Assembly (NCBI GenBank): GCA_045533905.1
Contig: JAZSIR010000016.1
Location: 56,811-120,810 of the forward strand
DNA from: Clostridia bacterium
GTDB taxonomy: Bacteria; Bacillota; Clostridia; UMGS1883; UMGS1540
Length of the DNA: 64,000 bases
Reading direction: 5' to 3'
The position numbers and the translations under genes are program-made. The notes under the pieces are model-generated. The model was not told the origin of the DNA. It saw nothing but the letters and a program-made list of their open reading frames with translations, and did not search any database. Positions 18,833 through 30,616 of the stretch are shown here, piece after piece (positions within the stretch are counted from its first letter, which is position 1; every line of letters starts with the position of its first letter).

Positions 18833-21013
18833 CTACTGGTGCAGGCGGATGATGTTAAATACACCCGGAATCGTATACAGCCGCTTAATGATGGAGTTGA
18901 GCTGCTCTGCGTTTTCGATTTCCACGGTAAGGTTAATCATCGCCATCTTATTTTTGAGGGAACGGGAACTCATTGCCGTAATGGCAATCTTGCCGTCCGA
19001 AACTGCATTCGTAATATCTGCAAGAAGACCTTTTCTGTCGGTCGATTCAATCTGAATATCCGAAAGGTAAGCGCCCTGCTGATTTTCAGTCCAGTAGCAG
19101 GAAATGAGGCGGCTGCGATCCTCTTCGGAAAGCGTGTCGGCGTGTACGTTCACACAGTCTGCACGGTGCACGGAAACGCCGCGTCCCTTTGTGATATAGC
19201 CCACAATGTCATCGCCGGGAATCGGCATACAGCACTTGGAAATGCGGACAAGACAGTTGTCGATACCGTGCACGGTGATGTTCGAGGCGCCGCTTGTGCG
19301 CTTAACAGGTGCAAGCGCCGTCTTGATTTCCGCTTCCTTTGCCACTTCGCGGCTGAAGTCCTTAAGGCGCGTGATAATTTTCGGCGGTGTGATGCTGCCG
19401 TAGCCGATGGCGGCATACATATCGTCAATATTGGAAAAGCTGTAGCGGCGAAGGCACGGCTCCAGATATTCCTTCTTAAAGAGCTGTGCAAAGGTAAAGC
19501 CCTGACGGCGAAGCTCGCGTTCAATTGCTTCCTTGCCCTTCGTAATATTCTCCTCGCGCATCTCCTTTTTGAGCCACGCGTTGATTTTGCTTCGTGCCTG
19601 GTTCGTCTTGCAGATTTTGAGCCAGTCGCGGCTGGGACCGTGGACGGACGAGGAAGTCAGAATTTCTACAATGTCGCCCGTTTCCAGCTGATAGTCAAGC
19701 GGTACAATTTTGGAGTTTACCTTCGCACCCATCATCTTACTGCCTACGGCACTGTGGATGGCAAAGGCAAAGTCAATCGGTGTGGAGCCGGCAGGGAGGT
19801 TTATAACGTCCCCGCGCGGTGTAAAGGTAAAGACCTCGTCAGCAAAAAGGTCGATTTTGAGGGTGCGCATAAATTCCTCTTCATCCGTAAGGTCCTGTTG
19901 AATGTCAAGAAGCTGGCGTACCCAGGCAAACTTTGCATCTGCAGAGTCGCGGCTTTTTTCATCTGTCGCACCTTCTTTGTATTTCCAGTGCGCCGCAATG
20001 CCGTGCTCGGCGGTGCGGTGCATTTCAAACGTGCGGATCTGAATTTCGCAGGGGCTTCCTTCGGGACCCATAACCGTGGTGTGCAGGGACTGATACATAT
20101 TGGGCTTCGGCATTGCGATGTAGTCCTTGAATCGCCCCGGAAGCGGCATAAACAATTCGTGCACCATACCAAGCACCGTATAGCAGTCGCTCACGGTGTC
20201 CACGATGATGCGCACGGCAAAAAGGTCATAGATTTCGTCAATAGACTTGTTCTGTGTGTACATCTTTTTGAAGATGCTGTAAAAGCTCTTGGCACGGCCT
20301 TCGAGCTTATAGGAAAGCCCGAGTGCCTCCAGACGTTCTGCAAGCGTTTTCTTAATCGCTTCAATATAGGCATCGCGTTCGTTTTTCTTTTTGTTGATGC
20401 TTTCCACAATTTCATAATACGCCACAGAATCAAGATGGCGAAGCGCAAGGTCTTCAAGTTCCCACTTGATCTTCGAAATACCGAGACGGTGGGCGAGCGG
20501 TGCATATACCTCAAGCGTTTCGCGCGCCTTTATAAGCCTTTTGTGCGGCGGCATATTCTTGAGCGTGCGCATATTATGGAGGCGGTCGGCCAGCTTGATT
20601 AAAATAACGCGGATGTCCTTTGCCATAGCAAGAAACATCTTACGGAGGCTTTCAATCTGCTGTTCTTCCTTGTCATTAAACTGAATCTTGTCAAGCTTTG
20701 TAACGCCTTCTACTAAAAGCGCCAGATCCTCGCCGAATTCTCTCGCGATATCCTCAAAAGTGACAGGTGTATCTTCAATAACATCGTGCAAAAGCCCTGC
20801 GGCAATGGCTTCCGTATCGAGTTCCATATCCGCGAGAATCCCGGCAACCGCCAAAGGATGCACAATGTACGGCTCGCCTGATTCACGCCACTGGTTTTTG
20901 TGCATATCGGTTGCGAGCGCATATGCTTTATCCAGAAGCGAAAAGTCCGCCTCCGGCTGATATTTCCATATTTTTTCTTTTATTTCCTGATAGGTAGTAT
21001 GCGTGTTTTGCAT
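18833..21013 (-). CDS. relA: Bifunctional (p)ppGpp synthetase/hydrolase
   Basis: LLHDVIEDT HD domain, YQSLHT, EIQIRT, TGS and ACT domains. Confidence 0.98.
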   Translation of the reverse strand: MQNTHTTYQEIKEKIWKYQPEADFSLLDKAYALATDMHKNQWRESGEPYIVHPLAVAGILADMELDTEAIAAGLLHDVIEDTPVTFEDIAREFGEDLALLVEGVTKLDKIQFNDKEEQQIESLRKMFLAMAKDIRVILIKLADRLHNMRTLKNMPPHKRLIKARETLEVYAPLAHRLGISKIKWELEDLALRHLDSVAYYEIVESINKKKNERDAYIEAIKKTLAERLEALGLSYKLEGRAKSFYSIFKKMYTQNKSIDEIYDLFAVRIIVDTVSDCYTVLGMVHELFMPLPGRFKDYIAMPKPNMYQSLHTTVMGPEGSPCEIQIRTFEMHRTAEHGIAAHWKYKEGATDEKSRDSADAKFAWVRQLLDIQQDLTDEEEFMRTLKIDLFADEVFTFTPRGDVINLPAGSTPIDFAFAIHSAVGSKMMGAKVNSKIVPLDYQLETGDIVEILTSSSVHGPSRDWLKICKTNQARSKINAWLKKEMREENITKGKEAIERELRRQGFTFAQLFKKEYLEPCLRRYSFSNIDDMYAAIGYGSITPPKIITRLKDFSREVAKEAEIKTALAPVKRTSGASNITVHGIDNCLVRISKCCMPIPGDDIVGYITKGRGVSVHRADCVNVHADTLSEEDRSRLISCYWTENQQGAYLSDIQIESTDRKGLLADITNAVSDGKIAITAMSSRSLKNKMAMINLTVEIENAEQLNSIIKRLYTIPGVFNIIRLHQ

Positions 21014-21031
21014 AGTGTAGGCTCCCTTATC

Positions 21032-22723
21032 CTATTGTTTCGTGCGGATATCCTGCAGAATGATTTGCGGCGTTTCCGTGCCGCCGTATGTATTGATACT
21101 GAGTTCTCCTAAAATGTCAACCACTTCGCCGCGCGTAAGCGTCTCGGCGAGTGCACCTTGCCCAAAGGCAATGCAGTCCACCGCGGCACCTTTTTTGAAA
21201 AGGCGGAGGAAGAGGTGCTTGTGATCCTTCGAAGTGCGAGCAGAGGATATTGTCACATCCGAAAGGAGAAATACGGGCCTTGCATTTCCGGCACCGAAGG
21301 GCTCAAGGCGCATAACCTGTTTTGCCACTTCAAGAAGCGGAAGTGAAATATCAAGCGGTGCATCCACATCAATGGTTGGCACGGTTTCTTCTTCGCAAAG
21401 CATTTTATCGGCATAGCGGTTCAGAGCTTCCGAAAGCGCCGTTACGTTCTTTGCGGGAAGCGTAAGGCCTGCCGCAAGCGCGTGCCCGCCATAGCGATCC
21501 AGAAGCGGTTCGGCCGAGGAAAGCGCATCAAACAAATTCATGCCGGGTACGGCGCGGCCGCTGCCCTTGCCGGTTTCCCCGTCCGTGGAAATCAGAATGG
21601 TCGTCTTGTAAAATTTTTCGGAGAGCTTTGAGGCAATAATCCCGATAATGCCATGGTGCCAGCCTTCGTGCGCGAGAACCATTACCTTTTTGTCTGCATA
21701 GTCGCCCTTTTCTATCATTTCGAGGGCTTCATCCATAATGGCATTGCTTGCATTCTTGCGCGCATCGTTCTGGGCATTCAGCATATCGGCAAGCGCAGAA
21801 GCTTCCGCCTCGGAATCCGTCAGAAGAAGACGGACAGCAGGAAGGCAGCTTCCCATACGGCCTGCGGCGTTGAGCCGCGGTGCCGCGTAAAAACTAATCT
21901 GGTATGCCGTCAGAGCATCGGGCGTGATGGCGGCTTTTCCAAAGAGCGCCGCAAGACCCACAGAGGGCATCTTGCGCATTTTGCGAAGTCCGAGGTCTGA
22001 AATGGCACGATTCTCATCGGTGAGTGAGACAACATCCGCAATTGTGGCGAGCGCGGCAATGTCAGCATATTCCGTTACCATCCGTTTTGTGTCGCCCGAA
22101 AGGGCACAAATCAACTTAAAGGCCACACCTGCCCCCGCAAGTGCCTTGAAGGGATAGGGGCAATCCGGTCTTTTGGGATTTATCACAGCTACGGCGTCGG
22201 GAAGCGTTTCGCCTACCGAGTGGTGGTCCGTTACAATCACATCAACGCCGAGGCTTTTGGCAAGCGCTGTTTCCGCGCACGCGGTAATCCCTGTGTCCAC
22301 CGTGATGATAAGCTTTGTGCCGTCTGCCGATATGCGGCGGATGGCCGCCTCGCCGAGACCGTAGCCCTCCGTCTCGCGGTCAGGAATGTAGAAGGCGCAG
22401 TCGGCCCCTTCGTTTTGGAGATAGGAGTAGAGAAGCGCAACGGAAGAGATGCCGTCCACATCATAGTCCCCGTACACCGTAATTTTTTCTTTGTTTGTAA
22501 TTGCATTTCGGATGCGCGCGGTCGCCTTTTCCATATCCTTCAGAAGGAACGGGTCGTGCAGCGCCGCAAGACCGCCTGTGAGAAACCCGGGCGCACTTTC
22601 CGCCGTAAGCCCTCGCACCGCTAAAAGAAGCGCTATCAGAGGGGAGACGGAAGCCGATTTCGCAATCGCCGCCGTGGTTTTCGGATCCACATTCTTATAC
22701 AGTATATTCCATCTTTTTTTCAA
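21032..22723 (-). CDS. recJ: ssDNA exonuclease RecJ
   Basis: GDYDVDG, TDHH, PRLNAAGR, GGH..AAG. Confidence 0.97.
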   Translation of the reverse strand: MKKRWNILYKNVDPKTTAAIAKSASVSPLIALLLAVRGLTAESAPGFLTGGLAALHDPFLLKDMEKATARIRNAITNKEKITVYGDYDVDGISSVALLYSYLQNEGADCAFYIPDRETEGYGLGEAAIRRISADGTKLIITVDTGITACAETALAKSLGVDVIVTDHHSVGETLPDAVAVINPKRPDCPYPFKALAGAGVAFKLICALSGDTKRMVTEYADIAALATIADVVSLTDENRAISDLGLRKMRKMPSVGLAALFGKAAITPDALTAYQISFYAAPRLNAAGRMGSCLPAVRLLLTDSEAEASALADMLNAQNDARKNASNAIMDEALEMIEKGDYADKKVMVLAHEGWHHGIIGIIASKLSEKFYKTTILISTDGETGKGSGRAVPGMNLFDALSSAEPLLDRYGGHALAAGLTLPAKNVTALSEALNRYADKMLCEEETVPTIDVDAPLDISLPLLEVAKQVMRLEPFGAGNARPVFLLSDVTISSARTSKDHKHLFLRLFKKGAAVDCIAFGQGALAETLTRGEVVDILGELSINTYGGTETPQIILQDIRTKQ

Positions 22724-22966
22724 AATCGCACCTCAATAATGGTCTTTCCAATTATTGTACCACATCCGCATAAAAAAAACAACATTTTTATGCAAATTTC
22801 CTGCCAAAATCTTACAAAATCCGGCAGAAGAAAAACAGCATTTTACAAAGGCCAGCGCCGCACGCGGAAATTACGGTTTTCTGCCTTTTAAAATCGAAGT
22901 TTTTCTTTACAAAACGCGGGAAATATGGTATACTATTACAAAGTATTTTTTTGGGAGGACAAAGGA

Positions 22967-23893
22967 ATGCCGATTCGAATTCCCGATGCACTGCCGGCGG
23001 CAGGCATTTTGCAGAGAGAAAATATATTTGTAATGACGGAAAAGAGAGCGGAAGGGCAGGATATCCGTCCGCTTCGTATTGCTGTTTTTAACTTGATGCC
23101 TACAAAAATTGCCACAGAAACACAGCTGATCCGTTCGCTTTCAAACTCTCCCTTGCAGGTGGAGCTCGTGCTTTTGCACACAGAAACCCACCAGTCCAAA
23201 AACACGCCGGAGGAGCATCTTTCCTCCTTCTATAAAACCTTTTCCGATGTAAAGCATAAGAAGTTTGACGGGCTTATTATTACAGGCGCCCCTGTGGAGC
23301 TTATGGATTTTGAAGATGTGGACTACTGGGAAGAAATCTGCGCTGTGATGGAATGGTCGAAAACAAATGTCACGAGCACACTGCACATCTGCTGGGCGGC
23401 ACAGGCAGGCCTTTATTATCATTACGGCATCAAAAAACACGAGCTTTCCGAAAAAATGTTCGGCGTGTTCCGTCACGATGTTGTATCTCCGAAAGCGCCT
23501 TTAATGCGCGGGTTTGACGATGTTTTCTACGCGCCGCACTCCCGCCATACCGAGATTTTGCAAAAAGACATTGAAGCCGTGCCGGAACTTGAAATTCTGG
23601 CGGTGAGTGAGGATGCAGGTGTGTATCTCGCCGTCTCGCGAGATGGCAAGAATGTGTTTGTAACGGGTCATTCGGAATACGATGCGGACACACTTCATAA
23701 TGAGTATGTGCGAGATGTAAACCGCGGGCTTCCCATCGCAGTGCCCAGAAACTATTATCCCGACGATGATCCCAAGAAAGCACCTGTGGTACGTTGGCGC
23801 TCGCATTCCAACCTTCTGTTTGTAAACTGGCTCAATTACCATGTATATCAGATTACGCCGTATGACTGGGATGCGGAGGATGAAGCGGAATGA
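22967..23893 (+). CDS. metA: Homoserine O-acyltransferase MetA family (probably acetyltransferase)
   Basis: NLMP.K..TE.Q, TGAPVE, ICWAAQA, PHSRH; start adjusted to ATG after GGAGG. Confidence 0.95.
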   Translation: MPIRIPDALPAAGILQRENIFVMTEKRAEGQDIRPLRIAVFNLMPTKIATETQLIRSLSNSPLQVELVLLHTETHQSKNTPEEHLSSFYKTFSDVKHKKFDGLIITGAPVELMDFEDVDYWEEICAVMEWSKTNVTSTLHICWAAQAGLYYHYGIKKHELSEKMFGVFRHDVVSPKAPLMRGFDDVFYAPHSRHTEILQKDIEAVPELEILAVSEDAGVYLAVSRDGKNVFVTGHSEYDADTLHNEYVRDVNRGLPIAVPRNYYPDDDPKKAPVVRWRSHSNLLFVNWLNYHVYQITPYDWDAEDEAE

Positions 23894-24393
23894 AAATCTC
23901 GCCGAAATACATATACCGGTATGCATACGGGCTTTTAGAAAATGTAACGCCGATGCACACCGATTGCGGCGCACTTTGCGGTGCGGCGTGCTGTGCGGAT
24001 AACGATGTCGGCACGGGGATGTATCTGTATCCGGGTGAGGAATGTATGCTCTCGCCTTGTCCTCTGTGGGCCGAGATTGAGGATTCCGGCTTCTTTTTTG
24101 AAGGCTATGAAGCCAAAATTTTATCCTGTCCGTCTCGGTGCGAAAGAAATCTCCGCCCGCTTGCCTGCCGTATTTTTCCGCTTGTTCCGTATAAAAAGGC
24201 GGGGGAGCGGATGAAAATCATATATGACCCGCGCGCGGCGCTTCTTTGCCCATTAGAGCCCTCTGCGCTTTCGGAAGAATTCTGCATAGCTGTCACCCGC
24301 GCCATGCGCGCCGTGTGCAAACTGCGCGAGGGGCGCGCTTTTATCGAAGCACAGTCGAAACTTGTGGACGAATATGTTCGTCTGCACCTTTGA
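23890..24393 (+). CDS. Cys-rich hypothetical protein (CxxCxxCC/YkgJ-like metal-binding)
   Basis: [14 protein letters not shown]....RP..CR.FP; ATGA overlap with metA. Confidence 0.7.
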   Translation: MKISPKYIYRYAYGLLENVTPMHTDCGALCGAACCADNDVGTGMYLYPGEECMLSPCPLWAEIEDSGFFFEGYEAKILSCPSRCERNLRPLACRIFPLVPYKKAGERMKIIYDPRAALLCPLEPSALSEEFCIAVTRAMRAVCKLREGRAFIEAQSKLVDEYVRLHL

Positions 24394-24403
24394 AGGAGAA
24401 ACT

Positions 24404-24979
24404 ATGTATCTGATTGTAGGCCTCGGAAACCCCGGGAAACAGTATGAAGACACGCGCCACAATGTAGGCTTCAAAACGATTGACTATCTTTCTGCAAAAT
24501 GGGATATTCCCGTTAAAAAGATTCGCTTTCGTGCGCTTTTGGGCGAAGGTCTTGTAAACGGAGAAAAGGTGATTTTGGCAAAGCCCTCCACCTTTATGAA
24601 TGCCAGCGGCGAAAGCGTTGGTGAAATTGTGCGCTATTATAATCTGCCGCCTGAAAATGTAATCGTTGTGCAGGATGATGTGGCCCTTTCCGTGGGAAGA
24701 CTCCGCATCCGCCATTCGGGAAGTGACGGCGGCCATAACGGTATCAAGTCCATTTTGTATCATTTGCAAAGTGACGCGTTTGTGCGCCTTAAAATCGGCG
24801 TCGGTAGTGCAGCACACGATATGGTTTCCCACGTCCTCGGCACGTTTTCGAAGGAGGACGGCGTGGCCGTCACTCGTTGCATCCGCGTTTCGGATGACAT
24901 TATGGAAACGATTATGGCGAAAGGCGCCGGCGAAGCGATGAATCGCTATAACAGTTTTGGCAAAACGGAGGCAGAATGA
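24404..24979 (+). CDS. pth: Peptidyl-tRNA hydrolase
   Basis: LIVGLGNPG..Y..TRHNVGF, GGHNG. Confidence 0.96.
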   Translation: MYLIVGLGNPGKQYEDTRHNVGFKTIDYLSAKWDIPVKKIRFRALLGEGLVNGEKVILAKPSTFMNASGESVGEIVRYYNLPPENVIVVQDDVALSVGRLRIRHSGSDGGHNGIKSILYHLQSDAFVRLKIGVGSAAHDMVSHVLGTFSKEDGVAVTRCIRVSDDIMETIMAKGAGEAMNRYNSFGKTEAE

Positions 24980-27900
24980 AGAAGTTTTTTGCGCCTATGG
25001 GCGCACATTCGGAATTTGCGGCACTTTGTGAGGCCATCCGCGAGAAAAAGGGGGCCGTGCACGTTATCGGTGCGGCTGAAACCCAAAAAGCACATCTTTT
25101 GGCGGCATGCCTTTCGGAAACAGGGAAGAGAGCCATTGTCGTTTCTTGGAGCGAGAGCGCCGCACGGCAAATGGCGGAAGAGCTCTCGTTTTTTTCGGAC
25201 CGCATAACCTTTCTGCCGCAGGGTGACTTTATCGAGCGCTTCGCTGAGAGTAGCGGCTATGCTCTGTCGCATACCCGTGCGGCGGCGCTGTATCGTATAT
25301 TAGAAGGCGATACGGCAGTTGTAAGTGTGGGATGCCTTCTCGATTTTATCCTGCCGCCCAAACAGTATAAGACGGCGAAACTCGAGGTGGGGATGCAGTT
25401 TCCCGATCTTGCCGAGTTTCTGGCCGAAATCGGGTACCGCCGCGTTCCTATGATCGAGGGGGAAGGACAGTTCAGCGTCCGCGGCGGCATTTTAGATGTA
25501 TTTCCGCCTTCCTCGGAAACGCCGGTCCGTATCGAATTTTTTGATACGGAGATAGACGGCATCCGTGCATTTGACCTTTCTACGCAGGAGTCAACCGCAC
25601 CGCTTCCGTTTGTGGAGATTATCCCTGCCGCGGCTGACAGTGAGGATGGCGATATTCTCGATTATTTCGGGGAAGATGCCGTGTTTGTTTTTGACGAACC
25701 GCAGAAGGTGTCGGAAGGCGCGGCCGCCTATAAAAAAAGTATGGAAGAGCGCATTGCCGCGCTCGTATTAAAGGGCAGTATCGAAAAGCCGAAAGCCGCC
25801 TATATCCGTGACTATGCAGTGTCTCTTTCCAAAATGGAAAAAGGGCAGATTGTCGGCTTTTCTGCTATGAGCGCCGTCTGCCCCGACTATAAACCGAAGG
25901 TTACGCTTCGCACCCACGGCGTTACACTTCCGTCATACGCGGGGAAGATGTCTCTCCTTGCGGAGGACGTGGAAAGATGGAAGGAAAACGGGTACTACAT
26001 CTCCATTTTAGCAGGGGGCGGCGCTCGCGCCCGCGGCATTATGGAAGCACTTTCGGAAGCCGGCATATCTGCGCAGATGCCCGAGGAGAATGAGGTGTCT
26101 CGCGGCACAGTGGCCATTTATGAAGAGCCGCTTTCAAAAGGCTTTATTTATTCTGACATCAAGACAGTTTTTATAAGCGGCGGCGATGTGTTCGCCCCCA
26201 AAAACAGAAAAAAACGGACGGCTGTAGGCGGCGCGAAGGCGCTCCGCAGCTTTGATGAGCTTACAATCGGGGATTATGTTGTACATCGTACACACGGCAT
26301 CGGTCAGTTTGTGGCAATGGAGAAAATTGAAACGGACGGCGTCGTGCGGGACTATCTGAAGCTCGCCTATAAAAACAATGACTTTTTGTATGTTCCTGTC
26401 ACCCAGCTGAATCTTCTATATAAATATTCCCACGCGGGCGCGGAAGCGGTCACGCCGAAAGTCAGCCGCCTCGGCGGGGGAGACTGGCAGAAAACGAAGC
26501 AGACTGTAAAGCAAAGTGTCAGGGAGCTTGCAATAAAGCTCATTGACCTTTATGCTGCCCGCAGTCAGATGGCGGGGCACGCCTTTTTGAAGGATACGCC
26601 GTGGCAGGCGGATTTTGAAGGCGAATTTCCGTATGAGGAAACGCCCGACCAGCTCGCGTGTATTGCGGAGGTCAAAAAGGATATGGAAAATCCGAAGCCG
26701 ATGGACCGCCTTTTGTGCGGGGATGTGGGCTACGGAAAAACGGAGGTGGCCATCCGTGCCGCTTTCAAGTGCATTATGGAAGGTCTGCAGTGTGCATACC
26801 TTGTGCCGACCACCATTTTGGCGGCACAGCATTATAACCATTTCGTAAAGCGTATGGAAAATTTCCCCGTGCGCGTGGAAATGCTCTCACGCTTTCGCAC
26901 CGTGGCCCAGCAAAAGAAAATTATAGAAGGGCTCCGCACGGGCGAGGTGGACGTTGTTATCGGCACACACCGCCTTTTAGGGGAGGATGTGACCTATAAG
27001 AATCTCGGCCTTCTCATTATCGACGAAGAACAGCGCTTCGGCGTCGGCCATAAAGAAAAAATCAAGGATATGAAAAACGGAATCGATGTCTTAACCCTGA
27101 CCGCAACGCCGATTCCGCGTACCCTCAATATGGCGATGACGGGCATCCGCGATATGAGTGTCCTTGCCAATCCGCCCGAGGATCGTCAGCCGATTCAGAC
27201 GTATGTATTCGAATATGACGAAGGCGTTTTGCAGGATGCCATCGAGCGCGAAATCGGGCGCGGCGGGCAGGTATACTATGTGTATAACCGCATACAGGGC
27301 ATCTATCGCGTGGCGGAATCCATCCGGAAAATGGTGCCCGGGGCGCGCATCGCCGTAGCACACGGCCGTATGAACGAAGAGGAACTTGAAAAGGTTATGA
27401 CCGGGATGGTGGAGAAGGAGTATGACATCCTTGTCAGCACCACCATTATAGAATCGGGTATTGATATTCCGAATGTAAATACTCTCATCGTTGAAAATGC
27501 CGACCATATGGGGCTTGCACAGCTGTATCAGCTTCGCGGCCGCGTCGGAAGGTCGGAGAGGGTGGCGTATGCATACCTTACTTTCAAAAGAGACAAAGCC
27601 CTTTCGGAAATTGCAGAGAAGAGGCTTCTGGCCATCAAGGAATTTACAGAACTCGGCTCCGGCTTCAAAATTGCCATGCGCGATCTTGAAATCCGCGGCG
27701 CGGGCAATCTCCTCGGTCCCGAGCAGCACGGGTTTATGGCAAGCGTCGGGTACGATATGTACGTCCGCCTTTTAGAAGAAGCTGTTTCAGAAATGCGCGG
27801 CGAAGAAGGGAAAACGGAAGCGATTATTGACCTTGTTCTTGATGCCGGTATTACCGACAGCTATATCGAAGATCCGCGCCAGCGTCTTGAGGCATACAGG

Positions 27901-28251
27901 CTTGTGGCCGATATTGCGGGCGAAGAGGATGCTGACGCTGTGATTGCGGCGTTTATTGACCGCTACGGCGATCCGCCCCCACGTGTTTTGCGCCTTGTGG
28001 ACGTTGCACTTTTGCGTACGTACGCGGAAGAGGCAGGTGTTGGTGAGGTTACGGAAAGCGGCGGAAGAATCCTTTTATACTTCGATAAAAAGCCGGATAT
28101 GGAGTGTGTCAGCCGTGTGATGGAAGAAAATCGCGGAAAACTTCTTTTCAATGCGGGCGAGCGGCCGTATCTTGCTATCCGCGAAGGGTTTTTGCGGAAT
28201 AAAAATGACACGGAAAAATTAAAAAAATTACTAAAAGACTTGAAAAAGTAG
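24976..28251 (+). CDS. mfd: Transcription-repair coupling factor
   Basis: CarD-like RID (VVH..HGIG), [27 protein letters not shown] domain. Confidence 0.98.
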   Translation: MKKFFAPMGAHSEFAALCEAIREKKGAVHVIGAAETQKAHLLAACLSETGKRAIVVSWSESAARQMAEELSFFSDRITFLPQGDFIERFAESSGYALSHTRAAALYRILEGDTAVVSVGCLLDFILPPKQYKTAKLEVGMQFPDLAEFLAEIGYRRVPMIEGEGQFSVRGGILDVFPPSSETPVRIEFFDTEIDGIRAFDLSTQESTAPLPFVEIIPAAADSEDGDILDYFGEDAVFVFDEPQKVSEGAAAYKKSMEERIAALVLKGSIEKPKAAYIRDYAVSLSKMEKGQIVGFSAMSAVCPDYKPKVTLRTHGVTLPSYAGKMSLLAEDVERWKENGYYISILAGGGARARGIMEALSEAGISAQMPEENEVSRGTVAIYEEPLSKGFIYSDIKTVFISGGDVFAPKNRKKRTAVGGAKALRSFDELTIGDYVVHRTHGIGQFVAMEKIETDGVVRDYLKLAYKNNDFLYVPVTQLNLLYKYSHAGAEAVTPKVSRLGGGDWQKTKQTVKQSVRELAIKLIDLYAARSQMAGHAFLKDTPWQADFEGEFPYEETPDQLACIAEVKKDMENPKPMDRLLCGDVGYGKTEVAIRAAFKCIMEGLQCAYLVPTTILAAQHYNHFVKRMENFPVRVEMLSRFRTVAQQKKIIEGLRTGEVDVVIGTHRLLGEDVTYKNLGLLIIDEEQRFGVGHKEKIKDMKNGIDVLTLTATPIPRTLNMAMTGIRDMSVLANPPEDRQPIQTYVFEYDEGVLQDAIEREIGRGGQVYYVYNRIQGIYRVAESIRKMVPGARIAVAHGRMNEEELEKVMTGMVEKEYDILVSTTIIESGIDIPNVNTLIVENADHMGLAQLYQLRGRVGRSERVAYAYLTFKRDKALSEIAEKRLLAIKEFTELGSGFKIAMRDLEIRGAGNLLGPEQHGFMASVGYDMYVRLLEEAVSEMRGEEGKTEAIIDLVLDAGITDSYIEDPRQRLEAYRLVADIAGEEDADAVIAAFIDRYGDPPPRVLRLVDVALLRTYAEEAGVGEVTESGGRILLYFDKKPDMECVSRVMEENRGKLLFNAGERPYLAIREGFLRNKNDTEKLKKLLKDLKK

Positions 28252-28312
28252 CCTGTTTGTAGTATGATATGTAAGTATGTAAATCTTTTACAAAGAAAAG
28301 GAGAGTACGATT

Positions 28313-29413
28313 ATGAAACGAATGAAGCTGATTGCACTGGCTATAAGCCTTGTTATGCTTCTCTCTGCATGCAATGCTGTGAATGTAACAGAAGTAGCCA
28401 CTGTGGGCGAGGATGCTATGTTCAAACCCGAATTTATGTATTATCTGCAGGGCGCAAAGAGCGAGGCTATGCAGGAAGCACAGGCAAAAGGCCTTTCCAT
28501 CACAACGGATAAAGACTGGAACACCGTGATGCTTGGCGATAAAACAGCCGCACAGTTTGCCAAGGACAGAGCACTGGAAAGCGTCAAGGCCATTATGGTA
28601 ATGGAAGCGAAGGGCAAGGAAGCCGGTTTTGTTCTTTCCGAAACAGATGCTTTAAGCATTTCCTCCCAGAAAGAACAGATTATCACCCAGCTCGGCGGCC
28701 GCTATGCCTATGAACAGGCACTTTCTGAGATGGGTATCACGCTTGATGCACTCGATACCATCGTGGAAAGAAGCGTATATGCAAATGCATATATGACGAA
28801 ATATTCCGCAGAAGATACAAGCCTTACACCGACCGAGGAAGAAATCAAAGCAAAGTATGAAAGTGATTACGTATTCGTACGTCACATCTTAATTTCCAAC
28901 CAGCCGCCGATGGATGTCACACTTGACGGCGCGGGTATTCTCGAGGAAGAAGGCCCGGCAACAGAAGTGGAACAGGCAGACCCCGAAGAGTACGCCAAGG
29001 AAGCACGCGCTAAGGCAGAAGCTATTTTGGCAGAACTTGAAGGCGGCGCTGACTTCATCGCCCTTATGAATGAAAATTCCGAGGATGGCCGCGATGATGC
29101 CGGCAATCTCACAAGCGACGGGTATGTTATGACCGATAACGGCCAGATGGTTCGCGAGTTTGAAGAAGCCGCAATGAACCTTGAAGTGGGTGCGTACACC
29201 AAGGAACTGGTAGAAACCGACTACGGCTACCACATCATTATGCGCTACGAGCTGCCCACTGCAGGCCAGCAGTACGAGTCTGCAATCGCATCTGCAGAAT
29301 CTGCGCTTGCAAGCGATAAGCTTACAGAAAAAGTCAATGCATGGGCTGAAGAAATCGGCTTCTCTGCAAACGAAAGATACTTTGAAAAACTGAAAGTTAA
29401 AATGGAGGGATAA
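28313..29413 (+). CDS. prsA: PrsA-like parvulin peptidyl-prolyl isomerase lipoprotein
   Basis: Lipobox LSAC; VRHILI, MV.EFE.AA, YGYHII; follows mfd. Confidence 0.85.
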   Translation: MKRMKLIALAISLVMLLSACNAVNVTEVATVGEDAMFKPEFMYYLQGAKSEAMQEAQAKGLSITTDKDWNTVMLGDKTAAQFAKDRALESVKAIMVMEAKGKEAGFVLSETDALSISSQKEQIITQLGGRYAYEQALSEMGITLDALDTIVERSVYANAYMTKYSAEDTSLTPTEEEIKAKYESDYVFVRHILISNQPPMDVTLDGAGILEEEGPATEVEQADPEEYAKEARAKAEAILAELEGGADFIALMNENSEDGRDDAGNLTSDGYVMTDNGQMVREFEEAAMNLEVGAYTKELVETDYGYHIIMRYELPTAGQQYESAIASAESALASDKLTEKVNAWAEEIGFSANERYFEKLKVKMEG

Positions 29414-29416
29414 TCC

Positions 29417-30154
29417 GTGTCCGGACATTCTAAATGGAGCAACATCAAGCATAAAAAAGAAAAAAGTGACGCCCAGCGCGCCAAAATCTTTACGAAAATC
29501 GGCAGAGAAATTTCTGTTATCGTAAAGGCAGGCGGCCCGGATCCGGAAGTCAATGCAAAGCTTAAGGACGTTATTGCAAAGGCACGTTCGAACAATATGC
29601 CGAACGATAATATCCAGCGCTGCATTAAAAAGGCGGCCGGTGAACAGGGGGCAGATAACTACGAAGAAATCGTATACGAAGGCTATGGCCCGAGTGGCGT
29701 AGCCGTCATCGTGGAAACCCTTACAGATAACCGCAACCGTACCGCCGCAGAAATGCGCCACTACTTTGATAAGTACGGCGGAAACCTCGGTCAGTCCGGC
29801 TGTGTTACGTTTATGTTTGACACACGCGGCGTTATCATCGTAGAGGCCGAAGGTGCTGATGAAGAAACTCTTATGATGGAAGCGCTGGAAGCTGGTGCAG
29901 ATGATTTTTCTGCCGAGGATGATTTCTTTGAAATCGTGACTGCACCCGAAGCTTTCGGCGCAGTACGTGAGGCCATTGAGGCAGGCGGCTACAAGATCGC
30001 TTCCGCAGAAATTGCACGCCTTCCGCAAACGACCGTAACGCTTACGGATGCCGATGATCTGAAGAACATGAACAAGCTCATCGAAATGCTTGAGGATAAT
30101 GACGATGTGCAGAATGTATTCCACAACTGCGATTTACCGGAAGAAGAGGAATAA
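29417..30154 (+). CDS. yebC: YebC/PmpR family protein
   Basis: [26 protein letters not shown]. Confidence 0.96.
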   Translation: MSGHSKWSNIKHKKEKSDAQRAKIFTKIGREISVIVKAGGPDPEVNAKLKDVIAKARSNNMPNDNIQRCIKKAAGEQGADNYEEIVYEGYGPSGVAVIVETLTDNRNRTAAEMRHYFDKYGGNLGQSGCVTFMFDTRGVIIVEAEGADEETLMMEALEAGADDFSAEDDFFEIVTAPEAFGAVREAIEAGGYKIASAEIARLPQTTVTLTDADDLKNMNKLIEMLEDNDDVQNVFHNCDLPEEEE

Positions 30155-30165
30155 ACGAAGAAAAT

Positions 30166-30196
30166 TAAAAGAGCTGTCAAATTGACAGCTCTTTTT
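30166..30196. terminator. Bidirectional terminator
   Basis: AAAAGAGCTGTCAA-a-TTGACAGCTCTTTT between convergent genes. Confidence 0.85.
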
Positions 30197-30199
30197 GTA

Positions 30200-30604
30200 T
30201 TATAATTCTTTTATCGCTTGGATCGCTTTTTGTATCAGGTCTGTAAGCGAAAGTGTTCCCGTACCGACCACGGTGGTATTACAGCCATGGAACGGAATTA
30301 AAATACGTGCGGCATCACTTTGTGCCACCGCCGCGGCCATGCGTGGCGTAACTTCGCCTACAAGGGCATCGGCAAGCACAATCCCCATAGGACCTACAAT
30401 CACGTCTGCTTTTCTTGCCGCCACAATCACGGCGTTTTCGCCGGTGGCCGCAAAATCGGCGCCCGCGCGCATCATGCTTTGTGTGGCGAGGCTATTGGTG
30501 CCGACTGCCGTGATTTCTGCAGTTTCCGGCAGCTCTTTTTTTATGCCCTCTATAAGGGCGCGGCCGATTTTGCCGCCTTGCCCGTCTATAACTAAAATTT
30601 TCAT
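30200..30604 (-). CDS. DUF3842 family protein
   Basis: VIDGQGG.IG, VGTNS.AT..M..AGA...ATGEN, GEVTP. Confidence 0.85.
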   Translation of the reverse strand: MKILVIDGQGGKIGRALIEGIKKELPETAEITAVGTNSLATQSMMRAGADFAATGENAVIVAARKADVIVGPMGIVLADALVGEVTPRMAAAVAQSDAARILIPFHGCNTTVVGTGTLSLTDLIQKAIQAIKEL

Positions 30605-30616
30605 TATGTTCTCCTT

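Noticed and set aside
18839-20602. 587-aa antisense ORF over relA
   Set aside because: Shadow ORF in register with relA codons; no recognisable protein features.
28889-30124. 411-aa antisense ORF across prsA/yebC
   Set aside because: Shadow ORF of two real genes.
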